From assembly GCA_020639135.1 (NCBI GenBank), contig JACKHE010000005.1, positions 124,531 to 188,530 of the forward strand: a stretch of 64,000 nucleotides of DNA. Direction: 5' to 3'. Position numbers and translations under genes: made by a program. The notes under the pieces were generated by a model. The model searched no databases, had not been told where the DNA came from, and worked only from the letters and a program-made list of their open reading frames with translations. Source of the DNA: Phycisphaeraceae bacterium (GTDB lineage Bacteria > Planctomycetota > Phycisphaerae > Phycisphaerales > UBA1924). Every line of letters begins with the position of its first letter. The stretch's first letter is position 1. Below, one piece after another: positions 27,211 to 36,188 of this stretch.

Positions 27211-28236
27211 ATGGCGTCGAGCAACGTGGCGTTCTGGCGAACGCTGGATCTGGGAGGTGTGTACGAGCAGCACTGGCTGGCCGTCGATTCTGTGCTCTAT
27301 CTCCTGTTCTTCACCGGCATCGCCCAGGTCACGCTCGGCAGACGGTTCGAGGGGCGGGGCGGCCAAGCCCTGGTCATCGTTGTCGGCGTGGCGCTGGCGA
27401 TCGGGGCGTCGGCGGCGGCAAGAACGTCGGGCTACCGGCTTGGCGCTTTGGGGCCGATCGCCTGGGCGATCCTGCTGCTAGTGCTGGGCGGTGTTGTCTA
27501 CGAGTTGTTGCGGATGTTCTCAGCGCCCAGGGCGCTTGCGGGCGGGCTGTCGCTGCTGGCGGTCTTCGTGGCGGCGTCCTCGGTGGGCTCGGCGGTGGAG
27601 ACACTGCTCATCGCTCTGGGCATCACCGCCGGTGTGGGCGCGATTGGAGTGCTCGGCGTGGTCTTCGTCATTGGCTGGGCGGTCTGGCGGGCCGGGCCGC
27701 GAGATCATCGATGGTTGCGGGATCCTCACAATCGTGCGCTATCCGACGAATCACACATCGGGCTCGGTGCTCCTGTCGACCTGAGCATTGCAGACGATCG
27801 TCGCAAGACGCTCGAGGTGCTTCGCACTCTCAAGCAGCTCAGGCGGCACTTCGACGACCACCCTCCTGACGCCAGATCCGAACAGATGCTCTTTGAGCTG
27901 GCGGGAGTGAAGCGTCGGGTGGATGAACACTACGAGCGCGTCCTGCAGGACCTGGCCCGGCGGGGCTGGCGGACGACAAGGGATCACTCCAGATTGCCCG
28001 AGCAACTCCGGGCCGTGTTGTTGGCGTGCCGGGAGAACGGCTCGCGGTTCCGAGAGGCGGTCCGAGTTGCGCAGGCAGGGCACGACGCGAACAACCCGGC
28101 GCTCGTCGTCGAGGCCGTGGACCGGTTGATCCGCCTGGAAAAGGAATCGGTTCGGCTCACCGGCACGCTCGGGCACGCGCTGCGAGAACTCGCCGCTTCG
28201 AACCAGTGGGATGATGCCGGTGGTCGGGATCGATGA
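27211..28236 (+). CDS. polytopic membrane protein with C-terminal helical cytoplasmic domain
   Basis: Several hydrophobic helices in the first ~170 aa (VLYLLFFTGIAQV, ALVIVVGVALAIGASAAA, IAWAILLLVLGGVVY, GLSLLAVFVAASSVG, GVGAIGVLGVVFVIGWAVW). A charged helical region follows. Confidence 0.6.
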   Translation: MASSNVAFWRTLDLGGVYEQHWLAVDSVLYLLFFTGIAQVTLGRRFEGRGGQALVIVVGVALAIGASAAARTSGYRLGALGPIAWAILLLVLGGVVYELLRMFSAPRALAGGLSLLAVFVAASSVGSAVETLLIALGITAGVGAIGVLGVVFVIGWAVWRAGPRDHRWLRDPHNRALSDESHIGLGAPVDLSIADDRRKTLEVLRTLKQLRRHFDDHPPDARSEQMLFELAGVKRRVDEHYERVLQDLARRGWRTTRDHSRLPEQLRAVLLACRENGSRFREAVRVAQAGHDANNPALVVEAVDRLIRLEKESVRLTGTLGHALRELAASNQWDDAGGRDR

Positions 28237-28876
28237 GCCCGCGTCGGGCAATCAGCTTCCATTGCGACAACGGATGCTGCTGCTCTTGGGCACCCCGCGG
28301 TGCGCCCGTGAATTGTTCGAGCGGCTGGAGGGCGCATCGCTCAAGGCGGTAGAGACAGCGTTGCAGCGGCTTGCTCGAAATCGATACGTCGAATGCGCGA
28401 CGCCGACGCAACGACAATCCCGGCTCTACCGGCGAACTTTGACGGGTGACCTGTGGATAGTTGAGTTCGCCGATTGTCCACCGAAGCCGGCGAGCGACTA
28501 TCTGAGCCAGAACGATCTGAACACCCGCAGTTGGGTTCAGGCTGGCAAGTACCGGCGTCTGGTGCTGCGAGCGTTGGACAGGCCCATGCGGTCCAAGGAG
28601 AACCGCAAGGCCGCGTTGCAAGAATACGAGCGGATTGGGGCCAACCATGTCCACGCGGTGCTGCGGGATTTTCGGGACCGGGGGATCGCCTACCGCAATA
28701 CACAGGGACAGTGGATCCTGACAAGCCTGGGGCGGCGGTTCAGGGAGATAGAGCTGGACGGCCTACCCGAACGGCCAGGGATCAATGCGCCGCTGTGGAG
28801 CCGCCTGACGGCGCCACAAGAGCAAGGCGAGGCCGACAAGGACCAAGAGGCCGACGAGGAGACGGAGGGTGTGTGA
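28211..28876 (+). CDS. DNA-binding protein with two winged-helix-like segments
   Basis: 26-nt overlap with the upstream gene. RQRMLLLLGTPRCARELFERLEGASLKAVETALQRLARNRYV and YRRLVLRALDRPMRSKE...HVHAVLRDFRDRGIAY. Acidic tail. Confidence 0.55.
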   Translation: MMPVVGIDEPASGNQLPLRQRMLLLLGTPRCARELFERLEGASLKAVETALQRLARNRYVECATPTQRQSRLYRRTLTGDLWIVEFADCPPKPASDYLSQNDLNTRSWVQAGKYRRLVLRALDRPMRSKENRKAALQEYERIGANHVHAVLRDFRDRGIAYRNTQGQWILTSLGRRFREIELDGLPERPGINAPLWSRLTAPQEQGEADKDQEADEETEGV

Positions 28877-28954
28877 ACGGGTCATCGGTGGACTGTACCG
28901 CTGGGCGGGTAGCGAGCGCAACCCCAGACAAACGCCGAGAATATCCAAGGGATT

Positions 28955-30889
28955 TCAGTCTGATTGGTTTTTAGAATTTCTGGACATTGTCTTGGAATCG
29001 ACATTCGACTTACTGCGGTGCGAAGAAGGGCGAATCGTGTTCGGCATGACGACAGGATTATGGGAATCAGGGTCATCGCTTTGTGAGGCCGGATCTCTCC
29101 GCACAGAATCGAATGTTCGAGAAGTAGCACGAGAATATGATAATATGTTATTAATTAATTTTCTGATTAATCTGACGATGCGGCTTAGATCAGAATAGGA
29201 ATGTAGCAATATCGCGCGCATGCGCGTAGATAGGGTTTTTGTATTGGCAAGTCGGCCAAGAAAATATGAAATGATCGATATTGACATTATCACCACGAAA
29301 AACATAGAAGCGGACGGTAACGGGCTCGACCAGATTGTCGCGGATTCTGTTCTTGAATGAACATGAAAAATATCCAACACATGGCTGACGATTGTTACCG
29401 AAACAATACAGCAGGGCATTATCAGTAGCGAGATAATTAGCGCTCGCAGTGGGAACGATCTTGCCTCTCGAGATCGAACGAATAATTGGGCGTCTTTGCT
29501 TAACGCTAAAACCAGAGGTAGCCTTCTGTATTCTACGATTATCGACATGTAAACTAATGAAGAGACGAGACATGTCATGATAGTTGTTCCTGACCAAGAT
29601 AGCGCGGGGACGTCGCCATGTATTGTCGACAAGAGCGATTGAATTAGCACAGTTGACGAACCAGATAGAGCCGCGATTATTAATAACCCATTGATCGCGC
29701 GCCCCAGCAGGTACCATGCGGCCAAGAAATTCGTAGTAGTTGTGTCTATCGCTTCGAGTATAATTTTTATAACAACTCCGGGGAATTTTCTAATTGCAGA
29801 CTCTACAATGCTTGCGACCTCAATGATCCGGGCTGCTGGAGACGAGTTCGAATCGATCGCGATTCGAGAATTGCCGATTTTGGTAGAAAATAATGAATCG
29901 ACAATGCCTCGTCGGCGTCCTCCGGGAGCGTTGGGATGCGGCGCTGCCACAATTGCGATTAACATCGAACACAACAGAGTGATACCTAGTAAAAAAAGCT
30001 TGGCGTCTGTTATCATATCTATATATGATATTACCGAGCTTGGTAGTTCGCCCCAGAAGTGTTCATAGACATCTATTGCAGAGCGCAACAATGTTCGATG
30101 GATCGTTAATTTTGAAAATATGTCAAAGAGAATGCTGGTCGCTATTAGTGACCCAACCAGAGTCAGGACGTATCGGAATCTATTGCTAAAAATGCGCTCG
30201 TTCACATCATGGAGTGCTAGCCAGTGCCAAATCAGCCATGCGCATGAAAGCAACCATGTAATTGGCATTACTAGCGGGATAAAGATTTTTACGAGCTCCA
30301 GTGAACCATTCAACGAATATCCATATAGAAGCAGCGAGGACGTGGCGATAACCCCATAAATAGAAGCGGCCAAGCCCTTGCGATCGCCTGATAGAAGCAT
30401 GGAAGCGCAGCAAATTGCGATTAATGTAGAAGATATGATTGGCCACATGGCATCATAACCAAATAGGTTAAAATACCTGCCAAACAGCATAGATGCTACG
30501 ATAAAAAATGGCGCAAATGTGCGTCGAAATATCGTTGTTAATCGGGCCGGCTTGGAATTCCTGCCTGCATGTTTGATAAAGGTAATTGTATCATGGACTG
30601 TGTTTAGGTCGTTAACTCGGATTTGTAATAATCGATTGCGAGTATTGCCAGCAAGTGTTGATGCAGGATCAGCGGGGTCGATAGAGTCCGGATCTACGAT
30701 CTCGCAATCGATCCCGTTCGGCGCTTTTAACTCGGCCCAAGACAACCAGACTGATATCGGGCCCGCAATATCTTTTCGAGAAATCGCAAGTACGGTCGTG
30801 CCGTCATGTTCCCAAGAAACAAAGTTTGCGCTTGATGTTGTGGCGACGCCAAATTCGGCTTCGAATCGCTCTTTTGTTGCTTCAAGCAT
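28955..30889 (-). CDS. large polytopic membrane protein, unknown family
   Basis: 644-aa ORF in markedly AT-rich DNA. A ~130-aa soluble N-domain is followed by more than 10 hydrophobic helices. Basic/Ser-rich tail. Confidence 0.7.
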   Translation of the reverse strand: MLEATKERFEAEFGVATTSSANFVSWEHDGTTVLAISRKDIAGPISVWLSWAELKAPNGIDCEIVDPDSIDPADPASTLAGNTRNRLLQIRVNDLNTVHDTITFIKHAGRNSKPARLTTIFRRTFAPFFIVASMLFGRYFNLFGYDAMWPIISSTLIAICCASMLLSGDRKGLAASIYGVIATSSLLLYGYSLNGSLELVKIFIPLVMPITWLLSCAWLIWHWLALHDVNERIFSNRFRYVLTLVGSLIATSILFDIFSKLTIHRTLLRSAIDVYEHFWGELPSSVISYIDMITDAKLFLLGITLLCSMLIAIVAAPHPNAPGGRRRGIVDSLFSTKIGNSRIAIDSNSSPAARIIEVASIVESAIRKFPGVVIKIILEAIDTTTTNFLAAWYLLGRAINGLLIIAALSGSSTVLIQSLLSTIHGDVPALSWSGTTIMTCLVSSLVYMSIIVEYRRLPLVLALSKDAQLFVRSREARSFPLRALIISLLIMPCCIVSVTIVSHVLDIFHVHSRTESATIWSSPLPSASMFFVVIMSISIISYFLGRLANTKTLSTRMRAILLHSYSDLSRIVRLIRKLINNILSYSRATSRTFDSVRRDPASQSDDPDSHNPVVMPNTIRPSSHRSKSNVDSKTMSRNSKNQSD

Positions 30890-30962
30890 GCTGATCAGTT
30901 CTCGATGGTTTGGAGGAAATCAAAACATTTATATAATCAGAAATAAAATATAGATACAACCC

Positions 30963-31190
30963 GTGATTCAAACAGACAGAGATGCGAAGAAAAGGTTTCG
31001 TAAAGCAAAAAAGAAGATCGGCGAATTGGAAACTCGAACTCGTCATGTAATGCGTGTATTGGAACAGGTCCGGTGCGGTGGATCGAGTTCGCACGAAGTG
31101 ATTCGAACGCAAAGTGAAGTCGATAGCATTATAAATAAAGATGTAGATGAAACGCTTGGCGACATTAAAAAATTATTAACCAGTGAATAA
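30963..31190 (+). CDS. small charged helical protein (weak)
   Basis: 75-aa ORF with a GTG start, divergent from the 644-aa gene, coiled-coil-like. Confidence 0.3.
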   Translation: MIQTDRDAKKRFRKAKKKIGELETRTRHVMRVLEQVRCGGSSSHEVIRTQSEVDSIINKDVDETLGDIKKLLTSE

Positions 31191-32173
31191 AATAATCCTT
31201 ATTCGAAATGACGACGGGTAAGTGATTGATTGGCGACTGTGTGTTATCTGGCGTGCGAGTGCGGGCGGCATGTAGTTTGAGGGTTGGAGCGATGGACTCT
31301 ACAAGGTACCGTATTTGCGTCGAATTGCGATCTATCCGTGCTCAAAACGTAACTATCTACTGGGCAGGATGTTGCGGCGATGTTGCGGGATTTTATTGGA
31401 GTGCGTTTCACATGCATGCGGCTTCCTGACAGTAGAGCGCGCAGATAATTCTGAATCGTTGTTGATCCATTGGTGATTTGTGGTTTCACTAGATCGTATG
31501 CCATTTCCAAAATTCTCTCATCATGATGGCGCCGTAGCTCTCAGAATCCATGAAAGATGACATCGCGCCACATCGTTCGTCAACGATCCAGAGGCGGGGC
31601 ACCAGATCCACCAAGACAGAAAGCAAATCGATTCGATTTCGTTGGTTGTATTCCTGCATCGCATGAGATGCAGATCGACGGTGTGAACGGATGACAGATA
31701 GGACTCCGCGATGGAGGGCGATAGCCCGTGATGGTCTTTGGAACTAATCGGATAGCAATATGAAATCGGTCATGAGCCAGGGATGAGCGCGTATTCGGAA
31801 GTGATCAAGAACTGCCTCTTCACCGCAGTAAGGAGCAATCGAGCAATAGTAGTAATACTGGCATGCAATTCCTTAAATCGCCACTTCACATCAGAAATGC
31901 CGATTGAATTGCGAGTCATGCATTCTGGCGTCATCGACCACTTAAAGGTGTTGTGCTCGAATTCGTCCGGAGTTAGTGACCGGCGGTGTCACCCCCCCTT
32001 AACCAAGGGACGACCTGACGGAACCTCCACACCGGATTCAATGGCGCGCCAATTTGCCGACACGGAAATTCCGTTACCGGCTGTGGTTGGCAAGCGCACG
32101 AGTCGTATTCAAAAGAATCTCGCTCTTGGGCGATTAAAAAAACCATGGCGTAACTACGAAGTATAGTCGATGG

Positions 32174-33538
32174 CTACTCCCCTTCCCAGACAATGATGAA
32201 TGAGAGGTCGTTGATGTCGATCAATCCGTCGCCGTTGACATCGGCGGATGGGTTATCTTCTGCTGGCGCATCGAAATGGAGGAGAATGAACGCAATATCG
32301 TTGACATCGACGGTTCCGTCGTGATTGGCGTCTGCGGGGCTGAAGCAGCCGTCGAGCACACCATCAGCATCAAGATCCCAATCGAGGCTCCAGATTGCAT
32401 CCTGGCAGAGCCCATCTATCGCAGCCTCGTCGCACCCGTTCCCCACCGAGTTCGTCACGACATCAAAGAATCCAGTGATTGAACCGCTGACGTATTCGCT
32501 GGAGTCTGCGTCGTTGGCGAGGCGGAGCATGAGTTGTGTCGGCTCTTCCAGGCCAGCCTCGGCGTCGTTACCGATCCCGCCAATGCACACGCGAGCATTG
32601 AGGTCGGCGCGGAGCCGGTCAGATTCGATAATGGCGGCTTGTGGGTCGTCGTTGTCCTGCCCGTCGGTGAAGAGCAGAACGAGTTTCGCGGTGGGGGGCC
32701 AACTGCTGTCCAGCAACTCGTACGCGCGCCCGAGGCCGGTGCTGATCGATGTGGCGCCGCCTATCTGTGAGAATCCGTACTGCCCGGAGGTGGGGTTGGG
32801 GGATAAAATACTGAGCGCGGAGCCCAGGTCTTCCAGCGTCGAGAGTTGGGTCATCGCAACGATGTCCTCGGTCACATACTCGGGACCGTCCGGCATCGAC
32901 ACCACGCCGAACTGCAAGACGGCGATCTTCAGCGAGCCGTCGATGGGGATCAGCGTCCTCGGGCCTTCAAGGCACCGCTTGACCGCGTTGATCTGGCACA
33001 CAAAGTCATCGGAAGTGACGCTCGATGATCCGTCGATGATGAAGATGTACTTCCGGAACGGCGAGCCCTCGCATTCATCAGGGATCCCGTTGCTGTTGCA
33101 ATCTGCAGAGACCCATCCGTCCCCGTCAGGATCAGTCGGGTCGAGATCCCACTCGTCCACGACGCCGTTCCGGTTGCAGTCCTGGCACTCGTCTGGAACG
33201 CCGTCGGCGTTCACATCGGGGGCGCCATCGGCGATCTCGCACGAATCGAGGACGCAGTTGCCGTTGCAGTCCAGCGAATAGTCAGCGTTGATCTCGTTGT
33301 AGTCGAGCACCGCGTTGCCGTTGCAATCGACAAACGGGTTGAAGGGGCAATGCCCCTCGAAATCATTCTCGTCTCCGGGGAGTTCGATCGGGCCGCCGTC
33401 ATCGTCATCCGGGAAGGTCACCGGGCCGTTTGGCCCTGCCAGGGCAACCAAGCCGATTGAAGCGGCTATCACTGCTCCAGAGACAATCCGCAAAACAAGG
33501 CCTTGACGTTCGGCGCCAGTGATCTTGTCCAATCTCAT
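32174..33538 (-). CDS. secreted VWA-domain protein with Ca-binding (thrombospondin type 3/dockerin-like) repeats
   Basis: AAGGAGG five nt before the ATG. Signal-anchor GLVLRIVSGAVIAASIGLVALA. Repeats DCNGN..D.N.DG.PDEC. VWA MIDAS start IFIIDGSSS and LVLLFTDGQDND. C-terminal dockerin-like DANHDGTVDVNDI...DVNGDGLIDINDL. Confidence 0.85.
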   Translation of the reverse strand: MRLDKITGAERQGLVLRIVSGAVIAASIGLVALAGPNGPVTFPDDDDGGPIELPGDENDFEGHCPFNPFVDCNGNAVLDYNEINADYSLDCNGNCVLDSCEIADGAPDVNADGVPDECQDCNRNGVVDEWDLDPTDPDGDGWVSADCNSNGIPDECEGSPFRKYIFIIDGSSSVTSDDFVCQINAVKRCLEGPRTLIPIDGSLKIAVLQFGVVSMPDGPEYVTEDIVAMTQLSTLEDLGSALSILSPNPTSGQYGFSQIGGATSISTGLGRAYELLDSSWPPTAKLVLLFTDGQDNDDPQAAIIESDRLRADLNARVCIGGIGNDAEAGLEEPTQLMLRLANDADSSEYVSGSITGFFDVVTNSVGNGCDEAAIDGLCQDAIWSLDWDLDADGVLDGCFSPADANHDGTVDVNDIAFILLHFDAPAEDNPSADVNGDGLIDINDLSFIIVWEGE

Positions 33539-33942
33539 CGCATCCTCCTTGGTTATGAGTGGTCAGGCACTTCGAACATTGCGCATTGACCGGGGCACGC
33601 GTTTGCCGCGAAGCAATTGACCGAGTCCACCACAACGGCAATCTGACGACAGGGTAATCTGTCAAGTGCCGAATGCAATCCTGAAATCGGATGATCTTCT
33701 GATCGAGACGAATCGAAGGAGCATGCTTTTCGGTTGCCGTTTATCACGCTGCTACGAAGCGAGCGACAACGCTTCCGGTCGTGCTCACCAATCTGCAGGT
33801 GTTCATCCCTCACACCCTGGCGACGGCCTCTCGGGACCGCCGCACCGGCTTCATCGAAGCGTCGGTCTGTCGACTCGAAACTTCCGTGACCGGCTGCGGC
33901 TCGCAATCGCCCTGCCCGTCGCGAATTGGCGGGCGGAGGTAG

Positions 33943-34749
33943 ATGAACATGACAGAAGACCAAGTGCTCAAGCTCGGCTACGACGTCGTAGCCACAGCGA
34001 TCTCGGGACCGGTGACGGTCGCCGAATACCGGCATCACCGACTGCGGGTGATAGCCGAGGAGGACGGCTCCGAGAGCTCCGAGCCGTTCGAGGAGGTGCG
34101 GTACCTCCTCTGCCTCGATGCCAACCGCCGCAGGCTCTGGCTTACGCCCGAGGACCGGCGGAGGGTCTTGTGGGCCCTCCAGGAGGTCGGCGGTGAGAAG
34201 CCGATCGAGGAGTTCGACGAGGGGAGGGTTGCTCACTCTCCCTCGGTGAAGGAACGGATCTGGGTGCATCGCCAGGTCGAGTGGCTGGTGTCCACGGGGC
34301 GGATGCCGGATCAGGAGGTGTTCAACGACGACCCGATCGGGTCGTTGCGATCGTTGGGGTTGGGGACGCCGGACAGCGTGCCGCTCCTCAGCCTGCTGAT
34401 CAGCGAGATCCGGCAGGCGCTGGGGCGGTGCGAGCCGCCTGCGCGGCTCCCGGAAGATGATTGCGGGCCATTCGATCCCACAGGGGAGCTCGAGGGCCCG
34501 AGGCCGGGTGTGACCCGGTGGGTGTGCCGGTCGCAAGGACCAGGAGCAGGGACCGGGATCAGAAAGAAAACTCATCCACCGCCCTCTGGGCGGTCGTCTG
34601 ATGGGATTGTGTTGTTGCGGGGCATCGACCTGGCGGCAGCTCCGCCAGCCGCCAGACCTCGCCCAGGGTTGTGGCGCGGCTGCGCCGCGCGGGGTTGCGG
34701 GGCTGGCTGCGCCAGCCCGTGGTGTTGTTGTGGCGGCTTCGCCGCATAA
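33943..34749 (+). CDS. hypothetical protein (3' end doubtful)
   Basis: The first ~190 aa look protein-like (MNMTEDQVLKLGYDVVATAISGPVTVAEYRHHRL...). The last ~70 aa are R/G/A/C-rich and may not be coding. The opposite-strand 487-aa ORF looks like an antisense artefact. Confidence 0.4.
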   Translation: MNMTEDQVLKLGYDVVATAISGPVTVAEYRHHRLRVIAEEDGSESSEPFEEVRYLLCLDANRRRLWLTPEDRRRVLWALQEVGGEKPIEEFDEGRVAHSPSVKERIWVHRQVEWLVSTGRMPDQEVFNDDPIGSLRSLGLGTPDSVPLLSLLISEIRQALGRCEPPARLPEDDCGPFDPTGELEGPRPGVTRWVCRSQGPGAGTGIRKKTHPPPSGRSSDGIVLLRGIDLAAAPPAARPRPGLWRGCAARGCGAGCASPWCCCGGFAA

Positions 34750-34871
34750 AGTGGTGGCTGCAAGCAGCGTGGGGCTCATGCTGAGCGGTTGAGTGTCGGA
34801 TGGGGTGGGGGGGGGAAGCCGTCGGGAACTGACCCGGACATCAATCCGGAACCCACCCGTTCGGGTGATCG

Positions 34872-35234
34872 TCAGTAGTCCCCGGTCATGGATTTGACGA
34901 TGGTCTCGATGTCTCCGGCGGGTTGCTCCTCCCAATGGAGATCGCGGTCCACCTGGATCCCCCGGACATCGATGCCCCGCAGCTCGTCCAGGCCGAAGTA
35001 GCCCCACTCGCCGCATTGAAGGTCGTTGTTGAGCACGGCGAAGCCGAAGAACAGGCGGTTGTTGGGATCGTACTCGGCGGCGTACCAGTCAGAGGACCCG
35101 ATGAAGAAGTGCTCGTAGATGGTCTTCTTCTCCCACGGTGTGCTCTCTGTGGCGTACAGGGGCGGGATGCGTTGCAGCTGCCGGTAGGTCGGTTCGTTCC
35201 ACATGCCAGAGTGGTGACAGCAGGGGTTCATCAA
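34872..35234 (-). CDS. DUF2958-family protein
   Basis: LYATES...IYEHFFIGSSDWYAAEYDPNNRLFFGFAVLNNDLQCGEWGYFGLDELRGI...VDRDLHW matches the DUF2958 pattern typical of plasmids and ICEs. Confidence 0.75.
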   Translation of the reverse strand: MMNPCCHHSGMWNEPTYRQLQRIPPLYATESTPWEKKTIYEHFFIGSSDWYAAEYDPNNRLFFGFAVLNNDLQCGEWGYFGLDELRGIDVRGIQVDRDLHWEEQPAGDIETIVKSMTGDY

Positions 35235-35631
35235 CCTTGAGGCGGATCGGCACTCAGCCGGGGAGTAATCGGATCGATTTCATGGCGGCTCGAAGGACGG
35301 CGCGGTCGTGGTGGTTGGACTTCCCCGGGATCGTGAACACGATCTCGCAGCGCTCGGCGTGGATATCGAGCTTGACGAAAACGCCCGACAGCGATCTGGC
35401 GAGATTGTCGTAGCGGAACGAGCGAGAAGGCTCTTCGGCCCCCCGCGCAAGCCGGGCCGCCGACCGTGAACCCGAGCCCGAGCAGTGTCGTGACGGCGGC
35501 GTTTCGGAAATCCGCCGGGGTGCTGCGGTTTTTATGAACTGGCGGGAGGATGGGAAGTGGGATCGCTTGCGAACACATAGTAAACCTGTTGACGATGACA
35601 TCTTTAAATGTCTTTTGGCTGTGAGAGCGCT

Positions 35632-35787
35632 ATGAGACGCAATTACACCAATATCGCGATCCCCATCGAGGTCGCTCGCGAGATCGACAAGTACATCACC
35701 GATACACGATTCGGCTACAGCTCTCGGGCGCAGTTCGTGCTGGACGCCATCCGCTCCAGGTTCATCGAGTTCCGCTGGGGCAAGTAG
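35632..35787 (+). CDS. ribbon-helix-helix (CopG-like) antitoxin candidate
   Basis: 51-aa ORF below the ORF-track cutoff: MRRNYTNIAIPIEVAREIDKYITDTRFGYSSRAQFVLDAIRSRFIEFRWGK. Beta-strand then two helices with the YSSRAQFV motif. Confidence 0.6.
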   Translation: MRRNYTNIAIPIEVAREIDKYITDTRFGYSSRAQFVLDAIRSRFIEFRWGK

Positions 35788-35825
35788 GCGAAACCTTGAT
35801 AAGCGCGGATCGCCTTGCAGCGAAG

Positions 35826-36188
35826 ATGCCAGGATCAAGGAAGAAGAAACGGCGGGTCTTCGTTCTCGATTGGACGATCTGGGCCGCATACTTCAGGGGG
35901 GAGTGTGACGAGATCGACCGGCTCAAGGACATTCACAGATTGATCACACCGGCGCACGCGCTCGGGCAGGTCGTGTCCTGGCTCAATGACCACGGGAGAT
36001 CATCGGAGCACGAGCAGCGGTTCATCGAGTGCTACTCCGTCATCGCGCCGCTGACGCCGGAGATCACGATCAAGATTCGCGACTGGAATGGTGGATCGAT
36101 CACGAGGCACATCGGGTTGGCGATCGCGAGAGCGAACGGCGGCAGGCTCCTCGTCTTTACGAGGGGGAAGCTCCGAACGCTTCAATAG
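35826..36188 (+). CDS. PIN-like (VapC-like) protein, C-terminal acidic residues not evident
   Basis: An ATG at 35826 gives MPGSRKKKRRVFVLDWTIWAAYFRGE... (PIN beta1 with Asp). The C-terminal HIGLAIARANGGRLLVFTRG resembles the PIN D..A.A...g..l.T.D segment, but with the Asp positions replaced. Confidence 0.5.
   Translation: MPGSRKKKRRVFVLDWTIWAAYFRGECDEIDRLKDIHRLITPAHALGQVVSWLNDHGRSSEHEQRFIECYSVIAPLTPEITIKIRDWNGGSITRHIGLAIARANGGRLLVFTRGKLRTLQ

Noticed and set aside
30910-30937. Sigma-70-like promoter (TTGGAG-16 nt-TATAAT) between the divergent genes 28955-30889 and 30963-31190
   Set aside because: It lies in AT-rich DNA where such hexamers arise by chance, and the -35 is weak. The consensus may not apply to this organism.
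31783-32166. 127-aa plus-strand ORF and an interrupted minus-strand frame in the AT-rich tail
   Set aside because: There is no SD, no motif and odd composition. The minus-strand alternative has an in-frame TGA. I treat the region as decayed or non-coding until a blastx says otherwise.
34807-34815. G9 homopolymer in the intergenic region downstream of DUF2958
   Set aside because: It is not inside any supported ORF and no adjacent promoter elements were recognised, so I cannot attach a function.
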